64,000 nt of DNA from the human T2T-CHM13v2.0 reference genome, Homo sapiens. Location: assembly GCF_009914755.1 (NCBI RefSeq), contig NC_060925.1, one strand, 5' to 3'. Below the pieces are notes generated by a model. That model did not search any database. It was not told where the DNA came from and saw only the letters and a list, made by a program, of their open reading frames with translations. Of the stretch, positions 1-18,236 are shown piece by piece. A program made the position numbers and the translations under genes. The stretch's first letter is position 1, and each line of letters begins with the position of its first letter.

Positions 1-119
1 TGCATATATATTTAGAACTGTTATATTCTCTTGCTGAATTGATCCCTTTATCATTACAAAATAACCCTGTCTCCTTTTATAGTTTTTGTCTTGAAATCTA
101 TTATTTCTACAAATACACA

Positions 120-2100
120 AAAAACTCTAATAACACAATTAAAAAAACTGTTTAAAAAATGGATGAAAGACCTAAAGAAGCAGCACATCAGAGAAAGTAC
201 ACATAGTAGAAAAACCATCTGAAAAGATGCTTGACATCATGTGTCTTTAGGAAATTACAAATTAAAATGATGAGATTCCACTACTACTACACAACTATTA
301 TAATAACCAAATCCAAAAATACTGACATCAAATACTGTGAGAACGTGGACCAACAAGAACTCCCATTCACTATTGGTGGAAATGGAAAATGGTACAGCCA
401 ATTTGGAAGACAGTTTAGCAGTTTCTTATAAAACTGAACACACTTTGACCATAACATTCAGCAATTGTGCTCCTTGGTTTTTACCTAAAGGACTTGAAAA
501 CCATGTGCACATAAAAACATCCACATGTATGTTTATAGCTCTTTTATTTATAATTGACAAATTTTGAAGGGTAACATGATGTCCTTCAGTAGATAAAAGG
601 CTGAACTCTAGTACATCCACACAATGAAATATTATTCATTTCTAAAGAGAAATGAGGAAGCAAGTCATGACATGAATAACCTTAAAAACATATTACTAAG
701 TGAGAGAACCTGATCTGAAAAGGCTACATACTGTATGATTCCAAATATAGGACATTCTGGAAAAGGCAAAATTATGGAGACAGTAAAAAATTGAGTGGTT
801 GCCATGGTTTAGAGGAGAGGAGAAATGAATAGACAGAGCAGAGAATATTTAGGGCTGAAGAAGTATTCTCTATGGCAAGGGTCCCCAACCCACAGGCCAC
901 AAACTGGTACTGGTCCATGGCCTGTTAGGAACCAGGCCACAGGGCAAGAGGTGAGCTGCTGGGGAGTGAGCATTACTGTCTGAGCTCCACGCCCTGTCAG
1001 ATCAGTGGTGGCATTAGATTCTCATAGGAGTGTGAATCTTATTGTGAACTGTGCATGTAAGGGATCTACATTGCGAGCTCCTAATGAAAATCTAATGCCT
1101 GATGATCAGAGATGGAACAGTTTCATCCTGAAACCATGCCCCACCCTAGTCCATGGAAAAATTGTCTTCCACAAAACCAGTCCCTGGTGCCAAAATGGTT
1201 AAGAACTGCTGCTCTATGGTACTATAATGATAGATACATGTCATGCATTTGTCAAACCCCACCGAATAAATACCAAGAGTGAAACCTAATGTAAACTATT
1301 GACTTTGGGTAATAAAGACGTGTTAGAGTAGGTTCGTCGATTTTAACATAGATATCATTCTGGTTAGAGGTGTTGATAAATAACAGGGCAAGCTCTAAAG
1401 GTGTGAGGACAGGGAGTATATGGGAAATATCCGTACTTACCATTTATTTTGTTGTGAACCTATAACCACTCTAAAACATAAAATATATTATTTTTTAAAA
1501 GCCAGTTAACAAGTGTTGGTGGGCACATGGAGATAACAGAACATTCACACACCACAGAATGTAAAATGGCCTAGCTGACTTGGAAAACAGTCTTACATTT
1601 CATCAAATAATTAATATAAATTTACTATATGATCTAGTAGTCCCTCTCTTAGGTAAATACTTCAGAAAAATGAAAATGTATATCCACATAGAAACTTACA
1701 CACAAATGTTTATAGTACTACTATTCATTATATCTAAAAAGTAGAAATAACCCACATGTCCCTGAAGTGATGAATAAATTTAAAAAGAAGTGGTATAACT
1801 TATAACCATGCAATTAATTATTCAGCCATAAAAAGGAAAGAAGTACTGATGCATACTACAGCTTGGATAAACTTTGAAATATTATGCTAACGAAAAGAAG
1901 CCATTCAGAAAACACCACACACTGTATGATTAAACTCATATAAAAGTCCAGAATAAATAAATCTAAAGAGACAGAAAGTAAATTAATGGTTACTTAAGGC
2001 TGAAGTGGAGGTAAAGGAAATGAGATGTAATTGTTAAAAGATACAGAGTTACTTCCTCAGGTAATAAAGTGTTCTAAAATTGTAATTCCTTACATACTAT
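120..2100 (+). mobile_element. Old L1M (L1MB/L1MC-like) 3'-end fragments, interrupted by MER1B
   Basis: Characteristic L1M 3'UTR text, e.g. 'ggctacatactgtatgattcc...ggaaaaggcaaaattatggagacagtaaaa'. Two successive 3' ends; boundaries approximate. Confidence 0.75.
876..1211. mobile_element. MER1B-like hAT-Charlie non-autonomous DNA transposon
   Basis: Starts 'caagggtccccaacc', ends 'ggttaagaactgctg' (degenerate TIRs). Perfect 8-bp TSD CTCTATGG at 868-875 and 1212-1219; length 336 bp. Confidence 0.9.
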
Positions 2101-2129
2101 CTCCAATATACATTTAATAATTACAAGAC

Positions 2130-2475
<346 letters not shown>

Positions 2476-2629
2476 TCAGGAAAAAATAGACAATATAAAC
2501 AGATACACAGTTGATAAAGATGTTGAAAACAGGAACGATAAAATAAATATTATAAACACAGTAAGAGAATAAGAGATGGATAACATGGATGAAATATGTA
2601 AAGACTGAACCAAGGTGAATCTTACACAT

Positions 2630-2799
2630 ATTAATTAATGTATTATGTCTACCTAAAATATTTAAAAGCAAGCTGTATCCTGAACATTTGGGCACATGTT
2701 GTCAGGACCTCCTGAGGCTGTGTTAAAGGTGAGTCCTTAACCTTGCCAAAATAAACTTTGTAAATTGAATGAGACCTGTGTCAGATATTTTGGCTCACA
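2630..2799 (+). mobile_element. MER4-group ERV1 LTR 3' fragment
   Basis: 'gggcacatgttgtcaggacctcctgaggctgtg...aaataaac...gagacctgtgtcagatattttggctcaca' resembles a MER4/MER41 LTR 3' end. Confidence 0.6.
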
Positions 2800-2877
2800 T
2801 AATAAAGGTACACTTGAGACTACATAATTTATAAAGAAAATAGGTTTATTTGGCTCATGGTTCTGCAGGCTGTACAA

Positions 2878-7212
<4,335 letters not shown>

Positions 7213-10037
7213 TAACAATCAGATCTTGTGGTAACTAATGGAGTGAGAACTCACAGATTACCACAAGGATGGAACCAAGGCATTCATGAGGGATCCACCC
7301 CCATGACCAAAACATCTCCCACTAGCGCCCACCTCCAACAATGGTGATTAAATTTCAGCATGAGATTTGGAAGGGACAAACATCCAAACTGTATCATTCC
7401 ACCCCTGGCCTCCCCAAATCTCATGCCCTTTTCACACTGCAAATTCACACTGGGGGACTATTCTCAATAGTCCCCTAGTTTTAACTCATCCCAGCATCAA
7501 CTCCAAAGTCCAAAGTCCAGTCTTATCTGAGACTCAAGGCAAGTTGCTTCCACCTATGAGTCTGTAAAGTCAAAAACCAGTTATTTCAGTTATTTACTTC
7601 CAAGATACAATGGTGCTACAGGCATTGGGTAAACATTCCCATTCCAAAAGAGAGAAATTGGCCAAATAAAACTAGCAATAGGCCCCACAGAAGTCCCAAA
7701 CCCAGCAGGGCAGACACTAAACCTTAAAGCTCTAATAAAATCCTTGACTCTATGTCCCACATCCAGAGCACTCTGGTGCAAGGTGTGAGTTCCCAAAGCC
7801 TTGGGCAGCTCTGCCCCTGTGGCTTTACAGGGTGCAGCCCTTGTAGCTGCTGTCACCACAGGGTTGGAGTTGAGTGCCTTTAGCTTTTCCAGGCTCAGGA
7901 TGCAAGCTGCCGGTGCTGGATCATTCTCAGGTCTAAAGGGCAGTGATCCTCTTCCCACAGCTTCACTAGGCAGTGCCCTGGTGGGTACTCTGTGTGCTGA
8001 CTCCTTGGGGAAATGGAAATGTGGAATTGGAGCCCCCACACAGAGAAGCTGTGTAGAGACACAGCAGAGGCTCTCTTGCAGCAGGCTTCTGCCTGGGCAT
8101 CCAGACTTTCCGATACATCCTCTGAAATCTAGGTGGAAGCTGCCAAGACTCCACCACTCTTGTGCATGCTTGCATTCTGCACCCCTGCAGATACCACCAC
8201 ATGGAAGCTGCCAAAGCATAAAATGTGTGCCCTCTGATGCAGCAGCCCAAGCTGTATCTGGGGCCGTATAGCTATCACTGGAGCTGGAGTGGCCTGGATT
8301 CAAGGAGCAGTGCCCTGAGGCTGTGCAGGGCAGCAGGGTGCTAGGCCTGGCCCCTGAAACCATTCTTTTTTCATAGGCCTCTGGGCCTGTGATGGGAGGA
8401 GCTGCCTGAAAGACTTCTGAAATGACTTCAAGGCCTTTTTCCCACTGTCTTGAATGTTAGAATGTGGGTCCCTTTTAGTCATGCAAATCTCTCTAGTGAG
8501 ATCTTCCTCTGCAGCCACTTACATTCTGAAAATACTCTTTCCTTCTCTAACACACAGACTGGAAACTTTCCAAACTTTTATGCTCTGCTTCCCTTTCAAT
8601 TCTAAGTTCCAACTTTAAGTCATTCCTTCACTCCCAGATCTGATCATAGGCTGTTAGAAGCAGCCACACTACTTCTTGCATGCTTCACTGCTTAGACATT
8701 TTTTCTGCCAGTTACCCTTTGTCATCACGCTTAAGTTCAACCTTCCACAAATTACTACAGCATGGACATAATGCAGCCAAGTTCTTGGCTAATGGGTAAC
8801 AAGGGTGACCTTCATTTCAGTTCCCAGTAAGTTCTTAATTTCCATCTGAGACCTCATCAGCATGGCCTTCACTTTGCATATTTCTATTAGCATTGTAGTT
8901 ACATTTAACCAGTCTCTAAGAAATTCTAGACTTTCTGTCGTTTTCCTGTCTTCTTCTGAGCCCTCCAAACTCTTCCAACCTCTGTCCATTACCCAGATCC
9001 AAAGCAGTTTCCACATTTTCAGGTATCTTTATAATAATGTCCCATGCTTTGGGACCAATTTTCCACATAAGTCCATTTTGGACTGCCAGGAAGAAACACA
9101 TGAGACTGGGTAATTTATAAAGAGGTATATTTGGCTCACAGTTCTGCAGGCTATACAAGTGCAGCACCAGCAACTGCTTCCTGTCAGGACCTCAAAAAGC
9201 TTCCACTAACAGTAGATGGTGATGGAAAAACACACATTTTACAGGGCAAGAGAGGGAGTGACAGGGTGAAGAAATGGTGCCAGGCTCTTTTTAACAATAA
9301 GATCCTCCACTACCACAACAATGGCACAAATCCGTGCACAAGGGATCTTCCCCCATGGCCCAACACTTCCCACAAGGCCCCACCTCCACCACTGGGGAAG
9401 GTTATGATTCTACTTATATTACATTCTTGAAATGACAAAGGACATGGAGAAAAAAATAGTGTTTTCAAGTATGAATTGTATTGCATTTATGAAACAAGTT
9501 GTTCAAATATTCTGTACTTTTTTGTCCACTTGACATATCATTAACTAATATTGAATCTATGTAAAGCAGCTCACTTTTCCAATCTGTTGTTCCATCTCAG
9601 GCAAGCGATGTTAAAAGTTTTGCTTATGTCCCATCTACTCAATAGAGTCCCTTTGTGTGAGACAAACCTTATGATCAGTTCATGACCAGAATCAGTGAAT
9701 AACCCACAGGGTACAAAATGGCAATTACAAGGTCACTCTCTTTCTGGAATTCCAATTGTTTCAAAATCCATTGTCTTGACAACTTTCCAATTTATTTAAA
9801 AACATAATTTTTGAAATTTTTATTTTTTAAGTTGTTGATGTGGGAGCATTGGGCTCCCATGGTCTAAAAGATTATACTCAGAAATGTAAGTTTATGATCT
9901 ATGACATCGACATTTTTAAGAAACAGTGCCAGTTGTTTTGCTTAATATACCAAATTAAGAATTTTTCTGTTATCTCATGGTCATTTAACTTTTTTCTCTA
10001 ACTTCAATATTTTTGGTAAAGTGAAATTTAGTATAGA

Positions 10038-10428
10038 GTGGTGGGAGAAACTATAGAAAAAGGAGCAGGCCTTCTGAAAGGTCAGAAGGCTCTGCATAGC
10101 TTTGGGGGATAATAGCTGAAGGCAGCTGTTTTCTGACCCTGAGGCAGAGGGCAAGGAGTAGGTACAATGGAGTGTAGGGGAACTTATCCTGATCAAGCTT
10201 GTTTACTTATATTGACCAGGAAATGACCTGTGTGTGACATTTCCTGAAAGGGGAACAATAAATGTTAATTACCTGCAGGTTGTGTTGGCTTCAGGTTTTT
10301 GGCATTGTGCCTGCACTGAATAAAAGCAAACAGCGCTAGCTTCTCAGGGCTGCATTTTGACCACTTGAGCCAGGCAGTCCCCTAGCTGCTCTTACACTGC
10401 ATACCTGTGTCTGAGTACTCCTTTCAGT
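10038..10428 (+). mobile_element. Probable ERV solo LTR, family not assigned
   Basis: Abrupt GC-richer block with AATAAA (about 10319-10324) followed by a U5-like 'cagtcccctagctgctcttacactgcatacctgtgtctgagtactc'. Confidence 0.5.
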
Positions 10429-13400
10429 CTTTTTGATGTCACTGTTTAGGGCTATGAACTTTCCTCTTAGCACCACCTTTGCTGCATCCCAGAGGTTTTG
10501 ATAGATTGTGTCATTATTGTTGTTAAGTTTGAAGAATTTTTAAATTTCCATCTTGATTTTGTTTTTCACCCAATGCTCATTCAGGAGCAGGTTATTTAAT
10601 TTCCATGTATTTGCATGGTTTTGAAGATTCCTTTTGGAGTTGATTTCCAGTTTTATTTCACTGTGGTCTGAGAGAGTGCTTGATATAATTTAAACTGTCT
10701 TAAATTTATTGAGGCTCGTTTTATGATCTACCATATCGTCTATCTTGAAGAAAGTTCCATGTGCTGTTGAATAGAATGTGTATTCCATGGTTGTTGGATG
10801 AAATGTTCTGTATATATCTGTTTAGTCCATTTGTTCCAAGGTATAGTTTAAATCCATTGTTTCTTTATTGACTTTCTGTCTTGATGACCTGTCTAGTGCT
10901 GTCAGTGTTCCTATTATTAATTGTTTTATAAATTGGGGAGTTCCACTGTTAGGTGCATATATGTTTAAGATTGTGGTGTTTTCTGTTGGACAAGGTCTTT
11001 TACCATTATATAATGTCCCTCTTTGTCTCTCTTAACTGCTGTTGCTTTAAAGTTTGTTTTGTCTAATAGAAGAATAGCTACCCCTGCTCACTTTTGGTGT
11101 CCTTTTGCATGAAATACTTTTTTCATCCCTTTACTTTATGTGAGTCCTATGTGTTAGGTAAGTCTCCTGAAGGCAGCAGATGGTTGGTTGGTGAGTTCTT
11201 AGCCATTCTGCAGTTCTGTACCTTTTAAGTGGAGCATTTAGGCCATTTACATTCAATGTTAGTATTGAGATGTGAGGTACCATTGCATTCATTGTGCTAT
11301 TTGTTGCCTGGGTACTTTGGTTTTTTTGTTGCTTGTTTTTGCTTTTTAACTCATATTTTTGTTTTATAGGTCCCATGTGATTTACGCTTTAAAGAGGTGT
11401 TTCTGCTTTGATGAGTTTCCAGGATTTGTTTCAAGATTTAGAGCTCCTTTTAGCAGTTCTTGTAGTGGTGGCTTTGTAGTGGTGAGTTCTCTCAGCATTT
11501 GATTGTATGAAAAAGACTGTATCTTTCTGTCTTATATAATGCTTAGTTTCGCTGGATATAAAATTGTTGGCTGATAATTGTTTTGTTTGAGGAGGCTGAA
11601 GGTAGAGCTCCAATCCCTTCTTGCTTGTAGGGTTTCTGCTTAGAAAACTGCTGTTAATCTGATAGGTTTTCCTTTATAAATTACCTGGTGCATCTGTCTC
11701 ACAGCTCTTAAGATTCTTTCCTTCATCTTAACTTTGGATAATCTGATGACAATGTGCCTCGGTGGTGATTTTCCCAGGTGTTCTTTGTGATTCTTATATT
11801 TAAATGTCTAGATCTCCAGCAAGGTCAAGGATGGTTTCCTCAATTATTCCCCCAAATATGTTTTCCAAGCTTATAGAATTCTCTTCTTCCTAAGGAACAC
11901 TGATTATTCTTAGGTTTGCTTATTTAACATAATCCCAGACTTTTTGGAGGCTTTGTTCATAATTTCTTTTTCTTCTTTCTTTGTCTTTGTTGAATTGGGT
12001 TAATTCGAAGACCTTGTCTTCAAGCTCTGAATTTATTTCTTCTACTTGTTCAATTGTATTGCTGAGACTTTCCAGAGCATTTTGCATTTCTATAAGTGTG
12101 TCCAATGTTTCCTGAATTTTTTATTATTCTTTAAGCTATTTCCTGGAATATTTCTCCATTCATTTCTTATATCATTTTTTTAGACTTCCTTGCATTGGGC
12201 TTCACCTTTCTTTGGTGCCTGATCAGCTTAATAATCTCCTGAATTCTTTTTCAGGTAAATCGTGGATTTCTTCTTGGTTTGGATCAATTGCTGGTGAACT
12301 AGCGTGATTTTGGGGGTGGGTGTTAAAGAGGCTTGTTGGTTTTCTGATTCCTTCTCATTTGGGTAGGCTGTCAGAGAGAAGGCCCAGGACTGAAGGCTGT
12401 TGTTCAGATTCTTTTGTCCCACAGCATGTTCCCTTGATGTAGCACTCTTCCCCTTTTCCTATGGATGTGGCTTCCTGTGAGCAGTACGGTGATTGTCTCT
12501 TTTCTGGGTCTAGCCACCCAGCAAGTCTACCCAGCTCTGGGCTGGTACTGGGGGTTCTCCGCACAGAGTCCTGTGATATGAACTATCTATGGATCGCTCA
12601 GCCATGGATACCAATGCCTGTTCTGGTGGAGGTGGCAGGGAGTGCAATGGACTCCATGAAGGTTCTTAGCTTGGTGGTCTAATGCTCTTTTTGTGCTGGT
12701 TGGCCTCCTGCCAGGAGGTGGTGCTTTCCAGACAGCATCAGCTGTGGTAGTATGGAGAGGAACCCATGGTGGGTGGGGCCCTAGAACTCCCAAGGTTATA
12801 TGACCTTTGTCTCCAGCTACCAGGGTAAGCAGGGAAGGACCATCAAGTGGGGGCAGGGCTAGGTGTGTCTGAGCTCAGACTCTCCTTGGGTGGGTCTTGT
12901 TGCAGCTGCTGTGGGGGATGGGAGTGAGGTTCCCAGGTCAATGGAGTTGTTTCCTAGAATTATGGCTGCTTCTGCTGAGTCATCCAGGTTGTCAGGGAAG
13001 TGGGGGAAGGCCAGCAGTCACAGGCCTCACCCAGCTTCCATGCAAACCAAAGTGCCGATCTCACTCCCACCATGCACCCCCTAACAGCCCCGAGTCTGTT
13101 ACCAGGTGGTAGGCAAGCCAGGCTTGAGAACTTGCTCCAGGCTACCTGCCTCCCAGTTGCGAAAGGGCTTGGTTCTTCCCCTGCCTGTGGAGTCTGCACA
13201 CTGGATTCACACCCTTCCCCCGAGTTCTGGCCAGGAAACTTCTCAATCCATTCAAATTATTACAAAGTTCAGCTGGAAACTGCCTTCTCCCTATGGTGCT
13301 TATCTCCCCACCTCGCCCCACTCCTCTGGCCACCCTCCTGATGGATTCCTGTGGTGCCAGGTAGGACTGGCCTGCTTGGGAACCTGGCAAGCTCCCAGGG

Positions 13401-13770
13401 CCTTTCTGCTGCTTCCTCTACCCCTGTATTTTGTTCAGCTAAGTTGACTCACCCCCAGGTTAAGGTAGGAAACCTTCTGCAAACAGACCTTCAGTTTCTC
13501 CAGTGGGGGTGTGTGTTCAGAAGAGGAGACTCTCCCTTTCCCACTTCCACAGTTGGGGCACTCACAAGATCTGGAGTGTCTTGTGGGTCTTGCAGGAGCA
13601 GTCTGCTTCCTTCAGAGGTTCTGTGGGTCCTCTCAGGATTGCTGGTTCATTCTTGCAGTCAATCTGGCACTAAAATTCACAATGTGAGCCTCTGCACACT
13701 GTTCTGTCCATCCGAGTCAGAGCTGCAATCTAGTCCTACCTCCTGTCCGCCATGATGACCTGCCTCTCCC
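10429..13770 (-). mobile_element. L1PB-like element: 5'UTR, ORF1 and the 5' part of ORF2; 3' part absent
   Basis: ORF2 N-terminus MNAMVPHISILTLNVNGLNAPLKRYR (ATG at about 11292), ORF1 coiled-coil fragment (11920-12105), and a GC-rich L1PBa-like 5'UTR ending near 13,770. Confidence 0.88.
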
Positions 13771-15813
13771 TTGCAATTTTTAGACCCAAAAATGTCTTCC
13801 TATATATTTGACTTACAGATTTAAGTTGGCAATATCTTCTTTTAGGTCTCTGAATGAATCACTACCTTCATTACCTTCTACTTTCTGCTATTTCCGTTAG
13901 GAAATCACTTTTGAGTCTTATTTTCCTCTCTTAATGATAATGTATCTCTTCTTCCATTATTTTAAAGAATTTCTCCTTGACATTGATTTTTAGTAATTTT
14001 AGTATGCTGTAACTCAGTATGGTTGACTTTCATTGACATTACTTTATAACATTTTTTTGAATTTTGGGATTTCTTTCTTTGGTCTTGTATCATTCTTTAG
14101 CCAGTATTTCTTTAAGTACTGTTTTACCCTATTCTGTCTCCACCATCCTTCTTCACTCCACTTCTTCAAATTTTATATTCAATTAAATATTCTTCAAATA
14201 TTATAATGAGAAATAAAATATTTCTCATTATATCCAATGCATCTCTTATAATGCTTCATTTAAAATCATTTTTTTGTCTCTCTGCAACTCCACCTAAATA
14301 TTTTCCCCAACAAATCTTTCACTTTACTACTACTCTTTCCTCTATGTCTAATGTGTTTTCAAATGGATACACTAGTTTCTTAATTTTAATTGCCAAATTT
14401 TATTTCTAGAATATCCATTTGATCGTTTGTACGACCTCCAGTTCTCTGCAAAACGTATTTGTCAATCTTGTTATTTCATTTTAACATCCATGTTTATTAA
14501 TTCCATTATTTGGGTTTCCTTGGGGGTATAAAATGGTTCTTTGGGTAAGTCTTGTTTTCCCATATACTCAAGTGGTTGCCAGATATTTTATTATCAGATG
14601 AAATGCAAAAACGTATAGATCAACTCTAGATGACTTTATCTTCCACCAGAGATAATTTACTCATGCTTCTGTTAGGCAGATGGGCTACAGAAACTAGAAA
14701 TCCAGGAGTACATTGATTTATTCAAGAAATAATATCTGAAGTTGGAATTCATACTCTATGAAGAAATAATATACAACCACTTCAGCCTTACACTTGTTAG
14801 GAGTCCCAGCTGAAAGTTGGGCTTGTTTGCCAAAGTCTCATCTCCTTCCCAATCATTTCAACATTTGTAATTCTACCATGAGTCTTCTGAAAGTGGTGCA
14901 TGGTTTTGCATCCTCTTAGCATCTGCTTTCAAAACTGGCATTGCCACAAGTTGAGAAAAAAGCTGCATCAATGATAGGCTCACTTCTTTGGGCTTCATTT
15001 ATTTGTAAAGGTTGGCCTCACGATTCACCAGTACCTGTGTAGCTCTTTGATGCCTTCTAAAAGACTTTTATATTTCAACACAAAGCTAATTAAAATAAAA
15101 CTCACAAAAAAAGCATCTATCATAAGTAGAGTTACATTTTTTCTTACAATACGAAAATGTAAGCACTATCACAATCAAGAAGTAAAAGCAAGCCATAACT
15201 CCAAAAATTTCCTTTGCAGTCACTTCCCCCATTCCCAGGCACAAACACTGTTTTACCTTGTATAATTACAGATATTTTTGCCTTTTCTAAAATATCATAG
15301 GAATGAAATTACATATATAATTTCTAGCTACATTCATTACATTTTAAAATTTCATCCATGTTTTTAAAATTTCATTTTACTTTTTAATGTTTAATTCTTA
15401 TGAATACTTTTGATATAAGCATACAATATGTTATAATCAAATTTGGGTGATTAGGATATCCACCACCCAAAACATTTATTTCTTTGTGCTGGGAATATTC
15501 CAAATCTTCTCTTATAGTTATTTAAAAATATACAATAAATTATTGTTAACTATTTCACCTTGTTGTGCTATGAAACACTAGAAATTATTCCTTTTAATTG
15601 TTCTTTTCTACCCATTAACTGACCTGTCTTCATTCAACCCCCCCCACTACTACTCCTAGCTTCTGGTAACCACCGTTCTATTCAGTGCCTCCATGAAATC
15701 AGTTGTGTTAGCACCCACATGAGTGAGAACATGCAATATTTGTCTTTCCGTGCCTGGCTTATTTCACTTAACTTAGCGTCATCGAGGCTCATCCCTATTG
15801 CTGCAAATAACAG

Positions 15814-16129
15814 TTTTTTTGTTTTGTGTGTGTGTTTTTTTTTTTTTCCCAAGACCAGATCTCACTGTTGTCACACAGGCTAGGGTGAAGTGAGTTAATC
15901 ATGGCTCACTGCAGCTTCGACCTCCTAGGCTCAAACAATTCTCCCACTTAAGCCTCCCAAATAGCTAGGACTACTGGAACATGCCACCATGCCCGACTAA
16001 TAATTAACTTTTTGTAGACACAGGATCTCACTGTGTTGCCCAAGTTGGTCCTGAGCTCCTGGGGTCAAGTGATGCTCCCATCTCAGCCTCCCAAAATATT
16101 GAGATTACAGGAAAGAGCCACCAAGCCAG
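15814..16129 (-). mobile_element. AluJ
   Basis: Diverged reverse Alu with a T/(TG)-rich tail. Confidence 0.88.
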
Positions 16130-17986
16130 AACAATTTTTCTTTTTAAGGCTGAATAATATCCCATTGTGTATATATACTGCCTTTTCTTTCTTCATTCAT
16201 CCACTGATGGAACACACAGGTTGATTCTATATCTTAGCTATTATGAATAGTGCTACAATTAACATAGTGGTGCAGGTATCTCTTCGGTATGCTGATTTCC
16301 TTTCTTTCAAATATACACCCACCAGTAATATTGTTGGATAGTATAGTAGTTCTATTTTCAGTATTTTGAGGAAGCTTCATAGTATTTTCCATAGTGACTG
16401 TACTAATTTACGTTTTCAACAGTGTATAAGCATTTTCTTTCTCCACATTCTTGGCAGCATTTATTTTGTTTTTGATAAAAGCCATTTAACTAGGGTGAGG
16501 TGATATCTTATGGTGGTTTTGATTTGCATGTCAAATCAAATTGATTTCATTTGATTTGATTATAAGTGATGTTGAGCATTTCTTCATGTATCTGTTGACA
16601 ATTTGTGTTTTCTTTTTACAAATGTCTATTGAAATCTTTTGCCTATTTTATATAGAAATATTTGTTTTTTATTGCTATTGAGTTATTTAAAATCCTTATA
16701 TATTCTGGTTATTAATCCCTTTTTGGATGACTAGTTTTCAAATATTTCCTTCCATTCTGTAGGTTGTCTATTCACGTTGTTTCTTTCTGTGCAGTTTTTT
16801 AGCTTGATGTTATCCCATTTTTAAATTTTGGCTTTGGTTGCCTGTCAGGTCTTACTCAAGAAATCTTTGCCCAGACAAATGTTCTGAAACATTTGCCCAG
16901 TTTTCTTCTAGTAGTTTCGTATCTTATGTTTAAGCACCATCCTTTCCCTAATGTATGGTCTTGGCTTGTTTGTCAAAAGAGCTGACTGTAAATGTATGAA
17001 TTTATTTCTGGACTCTCTATTCTATTCTACTGGTTTATGTGTCTGTTTTTGCTCCAGTACTATGCTATTTTGTTTACTATAGCCTTGTAGTATATTTTGA
17101 GGTAACATAATGTGATACATCTGACTTTGTTACTTTGTTACATCTGACTTTTGTGACTTTTGTTCACAATTGCTTTGGCTATTCAGGTCTTCTGTGAGTC
17201 CATACAAATTTAAGGATTGTTTTCCCACTATAAAGAATGACACTGGTTTCATTAAATCTGTTGATCACTTTGGTTAGTATAAACATTTTAACAATATTAA
17301 TTCTTCTAATGCATGAACATGTGATATCGTTCAATTTCTTTGGTATCTGCTTCAATCTCTTTCATCAGTATTTTATAGTTTTCATTGTAAATTCTGTTAA
17401 CCTCCTTGGTTAAATTTATTCCAAAGTATTTAATTTTTTGGAGCTATTATAAATGGGACTGCTTCCTTAGTTTTTCAGATAGCTCTTTATTGAAATATAG
17501 AAATGCCATTACATTATTCACGGACATGCATGTTGATTTTGTATCCTGCAACTTTATTGAATTTATCAGTTCTAACAGATTTTTGTCAGAATCTTTGTTT
17601 TTCTGAAAATAACATCATCTGTGAATAATGAAAATTTAAGACCTTCCTTTTTAATTCTGATGTCCTTTCTTTCTTCTCCCTCAATAATTACCCTGGCTAG
17701 AATTTCTGGTGTGATACTGAATACAATTGTTAAAAGTGGGTATCTTGTCTTGTTTCAGATCTTGGAACAAAAGGCTTCCAATTTTTCTGTTTGTCAATAT
17801 CATGCTGTGAGTTTCTCATACATGGCCTTTACTGTGTTTAAGTATGTTCCTTCTCTACCCAGTTTGCTGTTTTTATCATGAAGGAATGTAGAATTACATC
17901 AAATGCTTTTTTTTTTGGCATCTATTGACATGATCTATGGTTTTTGTCCTTGATAACGTTAATATGATATTCAATTTTATTGACTG

Positions 17987-18236
17987 GGCCAGGCATGGTG
18001 GCTCACACCTGTAATCCTAGCACTTTGGGAGGCCGAGGTGATCAATTGGGGTCAGGAGTTTGAGACCAGCCTGGCCAACATGGTGAAACCCTGTCTCCAC
18101 TAAAAATACAAAATTTAGCCAGGCATGGTGGCACATGCCTGTAATCCTAGCTACTCAGGAGGCTGAGGCAGAATTGCTTGAACCCGGGAGGTGGAGGTTG
18201 CAGTGAGCCGAGATCATACCACTCCACTCCAGCCTG
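17987..18236 (+). mobile_element. AluS, 3'-truncated (no tail)
   Basis: Alu from GGCC to 'cactccagcctg', then directly L1 sequence. Confidence 0.9.

Noticed and set aside
7590-8363. 257-aa ORF on the minus strand and overlapping 156-aa ORF on the plus strand
   Set aside because: Entirely within the GC-rich MaLR internal sequence, with a non-ATG start and no recognisable intact domain. Long open frames are common there.
12228-13755. Cluster of overlapping 60-134 aa ORFs
   Set aside because: GC-rich L1PB 5'UTR; chance ORFs.
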